Below the pieces are notes generated by a model. The model was not told where the DNA came from and made no database searches. It saw only the letters and a program-made list of their open reading frames with translations. A DNA stretch of 64,000 bases from the IMG/VR virus record IMGVR_UViG_3300042013_000067, positions 1 to 64,000 of that record; one strand, 5' to 3'. Below, in pieces: positions 8,511 to 18,296 of the stretch (the first letter of the stretch is position 1; each line of letters starts with the position of its first letter). This stretch comes from a virus (Duplodnaviria; Caudoviricetes). The position numbers and the translations under genes are program-made.

Positions 8511-10284
8511 GCGTCTCAACATGATCACCACCTTGGTTGAACTGATCAACTTGCACATGGACGGCTATAGCTACCCGCGACGGGGGCGTCGTCCGAAGTT
8601 CTCGATCCACGGTAAAGACCAGAACATCAAAGTGAAAATCCAGATCCATGAGAATCAGGTTGGTGAACTGGTCCTCTATGATCCACGTACTGATGCTGAT
8701 TATGATAATCCATCGGTTAGCGCCCGTGGTCATCATGGCCCCGATCTGCACAGTAACAACTGGCCAGAAGAAATCAAGAAGCTGTCTTTCAACCGCCATG
8801 AAGAAGGACGTGACTACTGGGCGGCATTGGACATTGTGCATTTGATGGCCATGCATGGCTTCCGAGTACAGGCCTACGGTTCTTCGATGTCGCATCTGTA
8901 TATCGGCGGTCAGCTGTTGCCGGACTCCACCGATCAATACGGTCGCTTCAGTTTCTGGATGAATGTGACTACAGCGTATGGCTACTGGGGTCGTAATGAG
9001 ACCTTGAAGGACGACCCGGTGACTATCCCGACACTGCCTGAACTCACCGAAGCACAACGCTACGCTGGCAAATCGGAGGGTATAGTTCGAGAGATGCCGA
9101 AGGGTGGTTATTACGAAGGTATCAAGAAAGGAACCCCTATACCGACTGATTACCTCATGTTCTTGGATGCTGCAGGTAATCCAATATTGGCCGATGACGA
9201 AGAACTGCTTCACGGCACCATTATCAAGAAGGGGGTTGAGACCGGCCGTACCAGTATGGCTACACCTAATCCAATGTCGGGTATAACCAAGGCTGCTCTG
9301 ACGTTACCACCAAATGCCTGTATCGAGATGGATCCTCTTACCAAAGAGGAGTGTATCCAGCTGGCCGATGGGTTCTTGGATAAGGTAGCCAACACCAGAG
9401 GACTCAGTATCGGCATCGCCGCGCTTGATCCGGGGGTCGAAGCCACCTTTGCCATGCCGGATGGTTCGACATGGGCTCTGCACCGCAGTAAGAAGCGACC
9501 AGATAGTGTCACCGTCTCAGACAAACATTACGATATGCTTTTTGATCCACTGACTTTCGGTACTGCTGAGTTCAAACCAGATCCGATCAGTCACGTCGAC
9601 GTAGTGGATGCTGCTGGTAATCGGGTAGATGTGATGGCCGTACCACAGCGTCGTTTGTTTAAGGGGTGTGACGTAATCGCTGAAGGCACATACGACTCAG
9701 GTACGGACGACCCTGAACTGCAAGGGATGTTAAGGGAGCAACTGGATGCTCACTTCGCAGCCAAAAATACCGCCGGGTTAGCGAATGATGCACAATACCC
9801 TGAGATGTTAGGGATGACCCGTGAAGAACTGGATGATCCCCTTGAAGCGAAGGCAGTTAGTGATGTGCGCCTGTCTGATGCTGAGGTTACTGAGCTGGCT
9901 GATGCATATCACCATGTTGTCGTGGGTGAATTCCTACCAAACGCTTACGGCGTCCCGAAAGGTACGGTGGAAGAGATGGGTCGTATCCGGGAGAGGTTCA
10001 TAAACGGTAGTATCGCTGGCGCTGAGATCATGGTGATCGAGACCCCGAATGATGCGTTCGATCGTAACGATCCCGATCTATCGAAATACGAGCATCTGCC
10101 TACCGCTACCCAAGCGTTACTGAAACGTGAAACCCGTTGGGCCACACATGTTCTCTCGGATAATCCACATGACGTTCCAACCACTGACCTCGACCTAGAA
10201 GCCGACCCAGCCAACTGGGGCGGTTTCCTTGATGATGATTCGGCGGCCGCGCCGCGCTCCGAAGACGGGGGTAAAGGCGAATAG
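8503..10284 (+). CDS. hypothetical protein with acidic C-terminal half
   Basis: 593-aa ORF translationally coupled to QueC-like gene; no motif recognised. Confidence 0.7.
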   Translation: MNKRLNMITTLVELINLHMDGYSYPRRGRRPKFSIHGKDQNIKVKIQIHENQVGELVLYDPRTDADYDNPSVSARGHHGPDLHSNNWPEEIKKLSFNRHEEGRDYWAALDIVHLMAMHGFRVQAYGSSMSHLYIGGQLLPDSTDQYGRFSFWMNVTTAYGYWGRNETLKDDPVTIPTLPELTEAQRYAGKSEGIVREMPKGGYYEGIKKGTPIPTDYLMFLDAAGNPILADDEELLHGTIIKKGVETGRTSMATPNPMSGITKAALTLPPNACIEMDPLTKEECIQLADGFLDKVANTRGLSIGIAALDPGVEATFAMPDGSTWALHRSKKRPDSVTVSDKHYDMLFDPLTFGTAEFKPDPISHVDVVDAAGNRVDVMAVPQRRLFKGCDVIAEGTYDSGTDDPELQGMLREQLDAHFAAKNTAGLANDAQYPEMLGMTREELDDPLEAKAVSDVRLSDAEVTELADAYHHVVVGEFLPNAYGVPKGTVEEMGRIRERFINGSIAGAEIMVIETPNDAFDRNDPDLSKYEHLPTATQALLKRETRWATHVLSDNPHDVPTTDLDLEADPANWGGFLDDDSAAAPRSEDGGKGE

Positions 10285-10675
10285 GGCTGCCGCCAGGCAT
10301 GTGTGTTTCATTTAACATTCCAATGCCTTGGTGTTCTTTAGCATTAGACGAAATAGACCGAGGGCTAACACCCTCGGGATCTATTATGTTTTTAAAATAA
10401 AATGAAAAGAAAAACTAGATATAAAGATTTATTAGGGGGAGGGAGTCGGTAGGCGACCGACCCCTAATAAATATCCTTATTCTTTAGTAACCACCCCCTC
10501 CCCCTGTTTAGGGGGTCTTATGCCGCATAGAGCATAAAAGCCAGATAGACAAAAAAACTCAAAGTGTTTATCTCATACGGCAAAAAACCCATCCCGAAGG
10601 ATGGGCTAGCTCTCGCTACAGGATGGGCTGACTTTAAGGACTGCCCGTATTCCCAACCAAAGGAACATAGAATAC
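10285..10675. other. large structured non-coding region
   Basis: about 390 bp with no credible ORF; at least four hairpins and an AT-rich tract at 10385-10430. Confidence 0.6.
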
Positions 10676-11665
10676 ATGAACACTTGTGTCGTAGCTCTCG
10701 TGGGACTGGACTTCACCGATAACTTCAGACACCTCCCTCAGGTGTTCGAAGCACAGTCACGAGGCGTACCTACTCGTTTCGTTATCCACGATAGCCCCAG
10801 AGAAGAACAGCGTAACGGTCAGCGTGTGGGTAACTATGACCTGTTGATTGATCTGGGTTATAGCACCCAGTTCGATAATGCTGATTATATCTCCAAGCGG
10901 CAGAACAAGATTGCCCAAGCAGTCGTGTTGCAGGGGATTGCTGACCGCATCAACGCGAAGTGGTTTGAGCCAGTACGGGTGTTGTGCAAAGGGCCGAACC
11001 CAGCGAACATGTTCGACATGCTGGATCTGCCCGATCGGGTTCTGATCAAGTCGACCGATGGTGCACGTGGTGTTGGCCACATCGTGTTCGACAATACCAA
11101 AGCCAGTATCTTCAAGTTCATGTCCCAGCTGCGTGGTGCTGGGGTCCATGACGCACAAGCAGTACTGGACGAGTACAAGGAGGCGATCGAAGTCCATACC
11201 GGACAACTGCATCAACACAACGAAGTCCTCACCGTGCTGACGAGCCAACAGTTGATGGTTACCGAGATCATTGAGAACGTGCTCGAAGAAGCTCGGGTGG
11301 TAACCGACTATGCTGGGCGTCCTGCGCTGATCAAAATGCGTGAGCGTAAGCAGAACGTACAAAAAGGTTTCGACAAAGGCACTGGTTATCGGCAAGCTAC
11401 CGGCGCTAACCGCAATGACGAAACCCTGCTCGAAGGACTGCACCAGATCCGCGATGATTCACCACTCATGGCTGAGATCCAAGCCTTCCTTCTTCATTTG
11501 CCACCATTGAACTCGGTAGACCTGTTCTTTACAGACACGGGCTGGGGTATCTTCGAATACTGCAATCAGTTCGGTACTGAAGCTTTCGAGGTGGTCAATA
11601 GCTTGAAACTCCATGCGGACTTCGTTGCACACCTCTGGACCCAGAAAGAACTGAAGTCGGTTTAA
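10676..11665 (+). CDS. ATP-grasp fold ligase (RimK-like)
   Basis: VLIKSTDGARGVG, VTEII...EARVV, SVDL...GIFEYCNQFG match ATP-grasp motifs. Confidence 0.6.
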   Translation: MNTCVVALVGLDFTDNFRHLPQVFEAQSRGVPTRFVIHDSPREEQRNGQRVGNYDLLIDLGYSTQFDNADYISKRQNKIAQAVVLQGIADRINAKWFEPVRVLCKGPNPANMFDMLDLPDRVLIKSTDGARGVGHIVFDNTKASIFKFMSQLRGAGVHDAQAVLDEYKEAIEVHTGQLHQHNEVLTVLTSQQLMVTEIIENVLEEARVVTDYAGRPALIKMRERKQNVQKGFDKGTGYRQATGANRNDETLLEGLHQIRDDSPLMAEIQAFLLHLPPLNSVDLFFTDTGWGIFEYCNQFGTEAFEVVNSLKLHADFVAHLWTQKELKSV

Positions 11666-11668
11666 GAA

Positions 11669-11677
11669 CTATATCAC
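11669..11677 (+). promoter_or_regulatory. candidate early promoter
   Basis: TTTAAGAA-CTATATCAC. Confidence 0.65.
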
Positions 11678-11744
11678 TGACCTGAATCATCCTACGCTAG
11701 GGACATAGCGACCATCTTCCTACTCGTCATCGGAGACATTACTC

Positions 11745-12113
11745 ATGCAGCAAAAATCCGAAATTCCATTCAGCGATCTGACCATGGTGGAACGCAGTGA
11801 GGTCAGCCGCGTTATCCGCTTCTGGAGCCGTCCGCACCCTGCATTTTTGAATGAGCAGGTGATCAAGCGCATCGTTGGTGAAACCAGCGGTAATTACCAG
11901 ATCAACTTTGTCACCGAGCCTGATCGTGCTCCGGCGATTGAAGTGCTGTTTGAAGGTGGCCTTATCTTCAACATCCCGCTGTTCAAGTGGGGCATCTGCA
12001 TTGAAGAAGCCACCCAGGTGTTCAACGAGTTCATCGAACAAAACCTGGACGTGGCGAACGAGTACTTCCTCGATCACCCAGAATGGCTCGGTGCCCCTGC
12101 CGAAGAAGCCTAA
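11745..12113 (+). CDS. hypothetical protein
   Basis: 122 aa, GGAG RBS. Confidence 0.65.
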   Translation: MQQKSEIPFSDLTMVERSEVSRVIRFWSRPHPAFLNEQVIKRIVGETSGNYQINFVTEPDRAPAIEVLFEGGLIFNIPLFKWGICIEEATQVFNEFIEQNLDVANEYFLDHPEWLGAPAEEA

Positions 12114-12174
12114 ACCCAAATCCCCCTGCGCTAGTTACGGCTAGTGTTTATTTCGCTATGACTGGAGTTCCACT

Positions 12175-13173
12175 ATGCAACAGCAACAAGTTCCTGCTAT
12201 CCCGAAACTGGCCATCTACTGCGCTGGTGCTTTCGGCATCACCACCGGCACTCGCCAGAACGTCAACGGCGATACCAAAATGTACTACATCGACACCAGC
12301 GATGCCAACTTGACCAATGAGCTCCCGGCAGAGAAGTGCTACCGCATTCCAATGCCACCTTCGGCCGACAGCCGTGTGGTGCGTGGCGGTGGCGGTCAAG
12401 ATCGTCGTCGTACGGCCAAAGCTGCATTGCCGCACATCGCCCCGATCCTCGATCGCTTCGTACCGGGTGAATTCAACCTGCTGGTGTTCTCGTGCTCGGG
12501 TGCCTCGGGTTCGGTCATCGGTTCGCTGTTGGCTCGTGCGCTGGCGCAACAGGACCAGACCGTACTGATCCTGACCGTGGGTGACTTTGCGACGCCGAAG
12601 TACCTGACCAACACCAGCGACACCTGGAAAGGTCTGGAGAACTTCTCGCTGAACTTGAACCGCCCGTTCGTGATGTCCTACCATCAGAACCAACCGGGTT
12701 CGTCTCACACCCCAGTGAACGAAGACGTGGACTTCGTGATCGAAGCCATCATGGCCTTGACCACCCAGTTCAACAAAGACCTGGACGGCAGCGACATTCA
12801 CAACGCCCTGAACTTCAACAACGTGACCTCGGTGCCAGCACAACTGGCGACGATCACCATCACCGACAACCGCAAGGCCGCCTTGGCTGTACCGGAACCG
12901 ATCACCACCCTGTCGTTGTTCGTTGACCGCGAAGACTACAGCGTTATCGGCACACCACACTACACCAAAGCCGGCTATCCACAAGAACCGCTGGTGGCAG
13001 CGTTCGATCAACTGCACTTTATCGTAAACACCATTTCGGTCGACGACATCAACCGGCAGCTGCGCGAGCGTGAAACCGAGCAACAACAGACCCATGGCAA
13101 CTATCGCAAGCGCGCCGCGCTGGTGAACAGCCGTGATGACGAAATGACCGATGATGGTCTCGTAGTCTCTTAA
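12175..13173 (+). CDS. phuZ: phage tubulin PhuZ
   Basis: YCAGAFG, IDTS, GGGQDR, SGASGSVIG tubulin motifs; C-terminal DDGLVV tail; synteny. Confidence 0.9.
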   Translation: MQQQQVPAIPKLAIYCAGAFGITTGTRQNVNGDTKMYYIDTSDANLTNELPAEKCYRIPMPPSADSRVVRGGGGQDRRRTAKAALPHIAPILDRFVPGEFNLLVFSCSGASGSVIGSLLARALAQQDQTVLILTVGDFATPKYLTNTSDTWKGLENFSLNLNRPFVMSYHQNQPGSSHTPVNEDVDFVIEAIMALTTQFNKDLDGSDIHNALNFNNVTSVPAQLATITITDNRKAALAVPEPITTLSLFVDREDYSVIGTPHYTKAGYPQEPLVAAFDQLHFIVNTISVDDINRQLRERETEQQQTHGNYRKRAALVNSRDDEMTDDGLVVS

Positions 13174-13185
13174 GTCTACGTCCTA

Positions 13186-13217
13186 AAGATGGGGTGCCTA
13201 CTGGGCACCCTTATCTT
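13186..13217 (+). terminator. hairpin after phuZ
   Basis: AAGATGGGGTGCC-TACT-GGGCACCCTTATCTT. Confidence 0.6.
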
Positions 13218-13283
13218 GTGGATAAACCCAAACCCTTTTATTTTTGAGGATAGTTAAGTGCGCAAACCCTAAGGAGCTAGCGG

Positions 13284-13781
13284 ATGGGGAAATCAACCGT
13301 CAAGCAGTTAGACGAGGACGTGGCTTCAGATCTCGACCTTGAACTCTGCCCATTTACGTTGACCATCAAACACACACTAAAGCTCCATCGTTATTTGACG
13401 GGCTTTGTCTTTGCGTACAGTAAGGACGGTATCACCTACTACGACGTGGTCCCATTGATCTACGAACATAATGGCCTGCGCATCAAAGTCCCACGGTTTG
13501 CGATGCATTCAAGTATTCGCCAACGCATCACAGGGCATCAATATCAACGCTGGTACATGTACAGCGCTGACAAACTGTTTCCGCTTCAAACGGCAAAACC
13601 CAGTGTGCTAGAAGATTCATATCCTTTCAGGGTAAATGACGACAGTCTTTATCGAACACGAATCGCGTATAACGAGGGCTTAATGTACTTACGCAAAAAA
13701 CCACTGGTAGCCTGCCGACCCATTAAACCCGGATGGGGTGTAACGTTGCGACGACATCAGTTAGAGCTGGACACAGCATAG
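13284..13781 (+). CDS. hypothetical protein
   Basis: 165 aa, AAGGAG RBS. Confidence 0.6.
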   Translation: MGKSTVKQLDEDVASDLDLELCPFTLTIKHTLKLHRYLTGFVFAYSKDGITYYDVVPLIYEHNGLRIKVPRFAMHSSIRQRITGHQYQRWYMYSADKLFPLQTAKPSVLEDSYPFRVNDDSLYRTRIAYNEGLMYLRKKPLVACRPIKPGWGVTLRRHQLELDTA

Positions 13782-13812
13782 ACCCCTCCCTTAACCGGGA
13801 GGGGCTTATGTC
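13776..13812. terminator. CATA-hairpin-TATG element between convergent genes
   Basis: GCATAGA-CCCCTCCC-TTAACC-GGGAGGGG-CTTATGTC. Confidence 0.7.
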
Positions 13813-13817
13813 GTTTT

Positions 13818-14192
13818 TTATTTCTGTGCAGGATCATTGGGTACGAGGTAGAAGCGATGGGTTTCTTCGATCAACCCGGCCCGTGATACATTAGGATCAT
13901 GCACCATGACATCACCACGCATGATCACCGTGTGGATAGTGCCACGTACAGTAGGGCCCGAAGCGACGCTCAAGGTGTTAGCCGGATTGCCCCACATCAG
14001 TAGATAATGATTGTCTTCGAGGTAATCCTCCACCCGATCCCAGAACGTCGAGGCATCGCAACCATCGTGATGGAAGTGCGGTACCTCAGCCAATGGACGA
14101 TTGAGCAGTGAAGCCAAAGCTGCCTGCATGCAATTGCCATACTGACCAGTCTCTGGTATATGGGGGATGGTCTGATCCAGCCAGCGACTCAT
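13818..14192 (-). CDS. small papain/C39-like cysteine-protease-fold protein
   Basis: GNCMQAALASLL (Cys), IHTVI (His), VHDP (Asp) in papain-like order. Confidence 0.5.
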   Translation of the reverse strand: MSRWLDQTIPHIPETGQYGNCMQAALASLLNRPLAEVPHFHHDGCDASTFWDRVEDYLEDNHYLLMWGNPANTLSVASGPTVRGTIHTVIMRGDVMVHDPNVSRAGLIEETHRFYLVPNDPAQK

Positions 14193-14992
14193 GGCGCACC
14201 GACCAGCGTACGCAGTGTACGGCGTCGTGCTTCAGGGTCGTTGAAGTTCTGAGCAATGTTCTTCCAGACCTTCAGCTTGGCTTTGTATTCCTCGTTAGCA
14301 CTGGAGTACTCTTTGACCGCGTCACCGAACTCACCGAGCTCTTGACCACCGGACAGATACGCCTGACCGATCTTGATACGGTAGTTGTTGTAGATGTAAG
14401 CTTTAGTAGCCAACACACACAACTCAGCGAAGTCGAGGATGGACTGTGGACGAATGAAGTTCAATGCTTCATCGTTACCCAGCCGGCAGCGGATAAAAGC
14501 AGCCGAATAAGGCAGGAAGGTAAACTTCACGATAAAGGTGTTATGGTTGATCAGGTTGATATAGCTGGTAGCCGCTGGAGGCGTGCGTAGGGCCGAATCG
14601 AGCACCTTGCGCATCTCACCACCCATGGCCGATTCAGGAGAGCGCAGCACGCCCGTAGCGACCGAGTAGTTGAGGATACCGAAGTGTACGGTGTAGATCT
14701 GCCGGATCGGACGGTTCTGCGTCAGGTGGTCTGGAATCTGATACATCACCGTCATCGGGTCAATGTACTCACACTTCACTGGGGCTTCCAGCGAGATGTA
14801 ATCTTCCACACCACCGACCAAGTCCATATCGACTAGGACTTTGGATTCGATGATCTGTTCTTGCACCCGAGTACGGTTCGACACCGGACTGCTGCACAGA
14901 TAAAAGTCGTCACGACTGAAGAAAGCCTTGAGGATCTCTGGCGGGATGTCCCACTCGATATCATCCAGTGCTTTTACCATAGCGTTTGACAT
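14189..14992 (-). CDS. conserved Chimalliviridae protein, probably virion structural
   Basis: 267 aa, GGAGG RBS; synteny after phuZ. Confidence 0.6.
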   Translation of the reverse strand: MSNAMVKALDDIEWDIPPEILKAFFSRDDFYLCSSPVSNRTRVQEQIIESKVLVDMDLVGGVEDYISLEAPVKCEYIDPMTVMYQIPDHLTQNRPIRQIYTVHFGILNYSVATGVLRSPESAMGGEMRKVLDSALRTPPAATSYINLINHNTFIVKFTFLPYSAAFIRCRLGNDEALNFIRPQSILDFAELCVLATKAYIYNNYRIKIGQAYLSGGQELGEFGDAVKEYSSANEEYKAKLKVWKNIAQNFNDPEARRRTLRTLVGAP

Positions 14993-15099
14993 CAGAGCCT
15001 CCTAATTTGCCGCTGCTGACGTTTTGCGATAAATAAAGTACCCCAGTACTAGATAGTATACTAGAGGGGGCGTATACGTGATCTGAAGCAGTTTTAGAA

Positions 15100-15108
15100 C
15101 TACATCAT
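15100..15108 (+). promoter_or_regulatory. candidate early promoter (variant CTACATCAT)
   Basis: TTTTAGAA-CTACATCAT. Confidence 0.5.
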
Positions 15109-15135
15109 AGGTGTGGTTAACCTTGGGATACACCA

Positions 15136-15471
15136 ATGAACAAACAAAGGCAAGCGAAAGCGTATAAATACGACATCGCAGCCGTGCTCAACGAGGTGCG
15201 CAATGTCCCCCGGAACCTTCACGGGTATATGGTGGACGCTGATACATTAGTTGACATATTCATACTGCGCACACTTAACTCATTTGAAATCTGTAGCGTT
15301 TACCCGGTTCCCCCGGTCGTTACCGATCCAACTGTGTTAGCATGGTTCGAGACGCTAGACCGCGCACGACGTTTACTGTGGTCTATCGTGAGAGTACCAC
15401 CAGAACATTCCGGCACCGAAGCGTCTTATATACGCCAAGGCGACAGCATTTGGCTATTCTACATCATTTAA
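15136..15471 (+). CDS. hypothetical protein
   Basis: 111-aa ORF after promoter motif. Confidence 0.6.
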   Translation: MNKQRQAKAYKYDIAAVLNEVRNVPRNLHGYMVDADTLVDIFILRTLNSFEICSVYPVPPVVTDPTVLAWFETLDRARRLLWSIVRVPPEHSGTEASYIRQGDSIWLFYII

Positions 15472-15477
15472 CGGAAT

Positions 15478-16581
15478 ATGAGAAACATGAGCGGCAAACT
15501 CTATTGCTTGAACACCCGCTGCTACACCACCGTCCTGATGATGGTGTCCGCTAACTACTCCCGACATCATAACGAGCTCGCCAAAACCGGTAAAGGTGAG
15601 CGCATGCACAAGCAGCTGTTGGAAACACCGCTGATTCCGTTTGACGCCACGCGCGCTGTTGCGTTCGTACACGCCATGACTAAAGCCAACCTATCCAGCT
15701 ACCTCGCCTACAGTAAGGGTGATACCCAATCTGACGTGATGGCGAAGCTGATGTTTGGTGACGATACACGTCTGACCAATGGTACCCTTGCTTGGGTCAA
15801 TGACTTCATGACCGTGGTAGAGGTCGATGATACCTACCTCGATATCGACATGCGTCTGGGTCAGTTCCTCAAACGCGACACGTGGGCCATTGTCGATACG
15901 TACGACATGGGGCACAGCCTGTCGATCGTGGTGCAGGAAGACATGCGCATCCGCGAGTGGAATCAGATGAAAGGCAGTCGCGCTGGGATCATGACCCCAA
16001 CGATCGATCTGGACCTGTCTGAGATGTTCAGCTACCTGCGGATCAAGACCAACCAACTGCTCAAACCCGTGGATATGCATTACGGGGACCAGATAGTCAA
16101 AGTGGCACCGGGTGAGCATATCGACTTTAAGCCGATTGTCCTCGACATGCTGCTGTCGCGTTATCCGTTCCTGCGTAAGGATGGTCAAGTCGGTACTCAA
16201 ACCGATGGCTACGAGGCTGGCACTCCAAAGAACAAGGAGTTGCTAATCGCGGCCGGTCTAGTAGGTGATGGTGTATACACCACCCAACTAAATGACGAAG
16301 CCATCCGCAGTGTCCATGACTACATCGACCGTTTGGTTACCCCAGTGGTTACCAGTTACTCGGTGATGCGGTTCATGGGTACGTTGGACAACCTCTCCAC
16401 CTATACGGTTGAAATCTCAAGCGATGAACGCTTAGTGGTCATCCGTCGTGAAGAGGAAGCTACCTACAAGGTCAATGACAACGCCCGTATCACTGAGTTG
16501 GTAGAATCCTACCTGCGCGGAGACCGCTTGCCTCCGAACGAACGTGACGAAGCTGAACGCTGGGTCATGGATAACCAATAA
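15478..16581 (+). CDS. hypothetical protein
   Basis: 367-aa ORF; start may be ATG 15487. Confidence 0.7.
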   Translation: MRNMSGKLYCLNTRCYTTVLMMVSANYSRHHNELAKTGKGERMHKQLLETPLIPFDATRAVAFVHAMTKANLSSYLAYSKGDTQSDVMAKLMFGDDTRLTNGTLAWVNDFMTVVEVDDTYLDIDMRLGQFLKRDTWAIVDTYDMGHSLSIVVQEDMRIREWNQMKGSRAGIMTPTIDLDLSEMFSYLRIKTNQLLKPVDMHYGDQIVKVAPGEHIDFKPIVLDMLLSRYPFLRKDGQVGTQTDGYEAGTPKNKELLIAAGLVGDGVYTTQLNDEAIRSVHDYIDRLVTPVVTSYSVMRFMGTLDNLSTYTVEISSDERLVVIRREEEATYKVNDNARITELVESYLRGDRLPPNERDEAERWVMDNQ

Positions 16582-16620
16582 GGCATGATGCCCTGGGTGA
16601 CTAGACCCAGGGCTTATGTC
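16582..16620. terminator. CATG/CATA-hairpin-TATG element
   Basis: GGCATGAT-GCCCTGGGT-GACTAG-ACCCAGGGC-TTATGTC. Confidence 0.65.
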
Positions 16621-16631
16621 CGGGAATCAAC

Positions 16632-17009
16632 ATGAACAAGACCTTACTTACTGCAGTCGATCAGAATCTGTTGCTGCCAGATGACCCACGGTTGAGAGAA
16701 CTCTACCGGGGTAATGAATTCTACTACCATGCCATGGCATTCCTTGCCACCACGATTCGTGACTTGGAATCAGACGTGAGTATCTACCGCGGTGAGGACA
16801 TATCCGACACCGTGGAGGAGTGGTTTTGTAATTACACGGACATGAATTCAGTGGAGTTCTTTGAGCAACACAAGGATGAAATGATACGTAAAGCTACGCA
16901 GCTGCATCATCTGTTGCCAGCAGGTGTGTTTGAACGACTCGATGTACACGAGGTCCATCACAGGGCCGTGTTCTTTACCGGCGTTCTACACACTGTCGAT
17001 TACCGATAG
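16632..17009 (+). CDS. hypothetical protein, paralog array member 1
   Basis: 125 aa; C-terminus VHHRAVFFTGVL. Confidence 0.65.
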   Translation: MNKTLLTAVDQNLLLPDDPRLRELYRGNEFYYHAMAFLATTIRDLESDVSIYRGEDISDTVEEWFCNYTDMNSVEFFEQHKDEMIRKATQLHHLLPAGVFERLDVHEVHHRAVFFTGVLHTVDYR

Positions 17010-17021
17010 ATTGGAATACCC

Positions 17022-17438
17022 ATGAGCAGAACATTCCTAGTGTGCTTTGAGCCTATGAAGCTGCTCCACAGCATCGAAAAGGCACAGCTACGCTGTTTCT
17101 TCAACTTCGACTACTATGACTCTCTCGGGGTTGCAGTAGAGATCCTGCGTTATCGCAGCAATGTACTACTGGAGGTTCAGCGGAACATCGACGCAATAAC
17201 GGATCCAACCAAGCGGTTCGAGGCCATCGAACGACAGGTCAAGATCATTAAGACCATTGAGGACCACACCGACCTACTCATCGAAGAGCGTGTTGGTTTG
17301 GCGTTCATCCATCTAACCCAAGAGATCATTGAGATTGCCATGGTCATGGAGAAACAGTTTCCGCCGGGCGAGATCAGTGAACTACAGTTGGCCTTCTTAC
17401 ATCGACGGGGGGCTTGGTACACGGGGGTAATCAAATGA
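17022..17438 (+). CDS. hypothetical protein, paralog array member 2
   Basis: 138 aa; C-terminus LHRRGAWYTGVI resembles member 1. Confidence 0.65.
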   Translation: MSRTFLVCFEPMKLLHSIEKAQLRCFFNFDYYDSLGVAVEILRYRSNVLLEVQRNIDAITDPTKRFEAIERQVKIIKTIEDHTDLLIEERVGLAFIHLTQEIIEIAMVMEKQFPPGEISELQLAFLHRRGAWYTGVIK

Positions 17439-17809
17439 GTGATTTAACGGTCATGCCTATGGCCCTCAAACATAACCTCTATGCGATCCGCCTGACCGAC
17501 CTCTTTACCGAGCCGGAAATGGCGGCCGCATTAACCCGGTTCAAGACCAAACGTGGGGTCATCAAGTCCGTCGTGGATTTCTGTGACTACTCGTATATCT
17601 TCGGTGAAGATAACCTGTCTGCCAAAGAAGTACACTTGGACCGACAACCCCATGTGTTCGATGCTGTCGTTAATGCCAGCAAACGGATGCGTCGGATCAT
17701 CGGACTTGACGAAACACTCCAAATCGACAGCCATCGCCTCACCAACACAACGGTGTACGTCTTGGTAAAATATGAGGTCCCACGCCATGAACGTATTGGT
17801 GACCTTTGA
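17435..17809 (+). CDS. hypothetical protein, array member 3
   Basis: ATGA overlap with upstream stop. Confidence 0.65.
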   Translation: MSDLTVMPMALKHNLYAIRLTDLFTEPEMAAALTRFKTKRGVIKSVVDFCDYSYIFGEDNLSAKEVHLDRQPHVFDAVVNASKRMRRIIGLDETLQIDSHRLTNTTVYVLVKYEVPRHERIGDL

Positions 17810-18296
17810 ATCAAGGTCGTTACAGTTTGGCTTATCCAAGTTTGACGACCACGAATCCGTTAAGGTAGCCATCACTTTAGTGTTGCAATGGCTACTTAAT
17901 GCGGTCCATCGAAAGCTGACCCCTGATGCCGTCATTGAGAGCGTGCAGCAGGTGGTCAGCGATACTTACGTTTATGCCGAGTATATGCTTGGCGACAACA
18001 GTTTGATCGATAACCGCACTGGAGTGGTGTCCAGACTTAACTACCCCACGGTCCACAGCGAATCTGATAAAAATTACCCGTTTAGGGAATACAGTACAGC
18101 CCATAGCAACTTGTATTGCCGCTACGGTGAGATCGTCGAGCACATCGTGGTAAACTATACCCGTCAAGTGATGGGGTTTCTTTCAACACTGGAACGCGAC
18201 GTTCATGCCACCAACATCCAGTGTCTGGAATACACCGCCCGTTATGTTGCGGCGATGGTTCACTGTCGGAATCTAATCGAGTACAGCCATGAATGA
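17787..18296 (+). CDS. hypothetical protein, array member 4
   Basis: GAGG RBS before ATG 17787. Confidence 0.65.
   Translation: MNVLVTFESRSLQFGLSKFDDHESVKVAITLVLQWLLNAVHRKLTPDAVIESVQQVVSDTYVYAEYMLGDNSLIDNRTGVVSRLNYPTVHSESDKNYPFREYSTAHSNLYCRYGEIVEHIVVNYTRQVMGFLSTLERDVHATNIQCLEYTARYVAAMVHCRNLIEYSHE

Noticed and set aside
15054-15063. Perfect palindrome TAGTATACTA in a divergent promoter gap
   Set aside because: Single short AT-rich palindrome with no second copy found; may be chance
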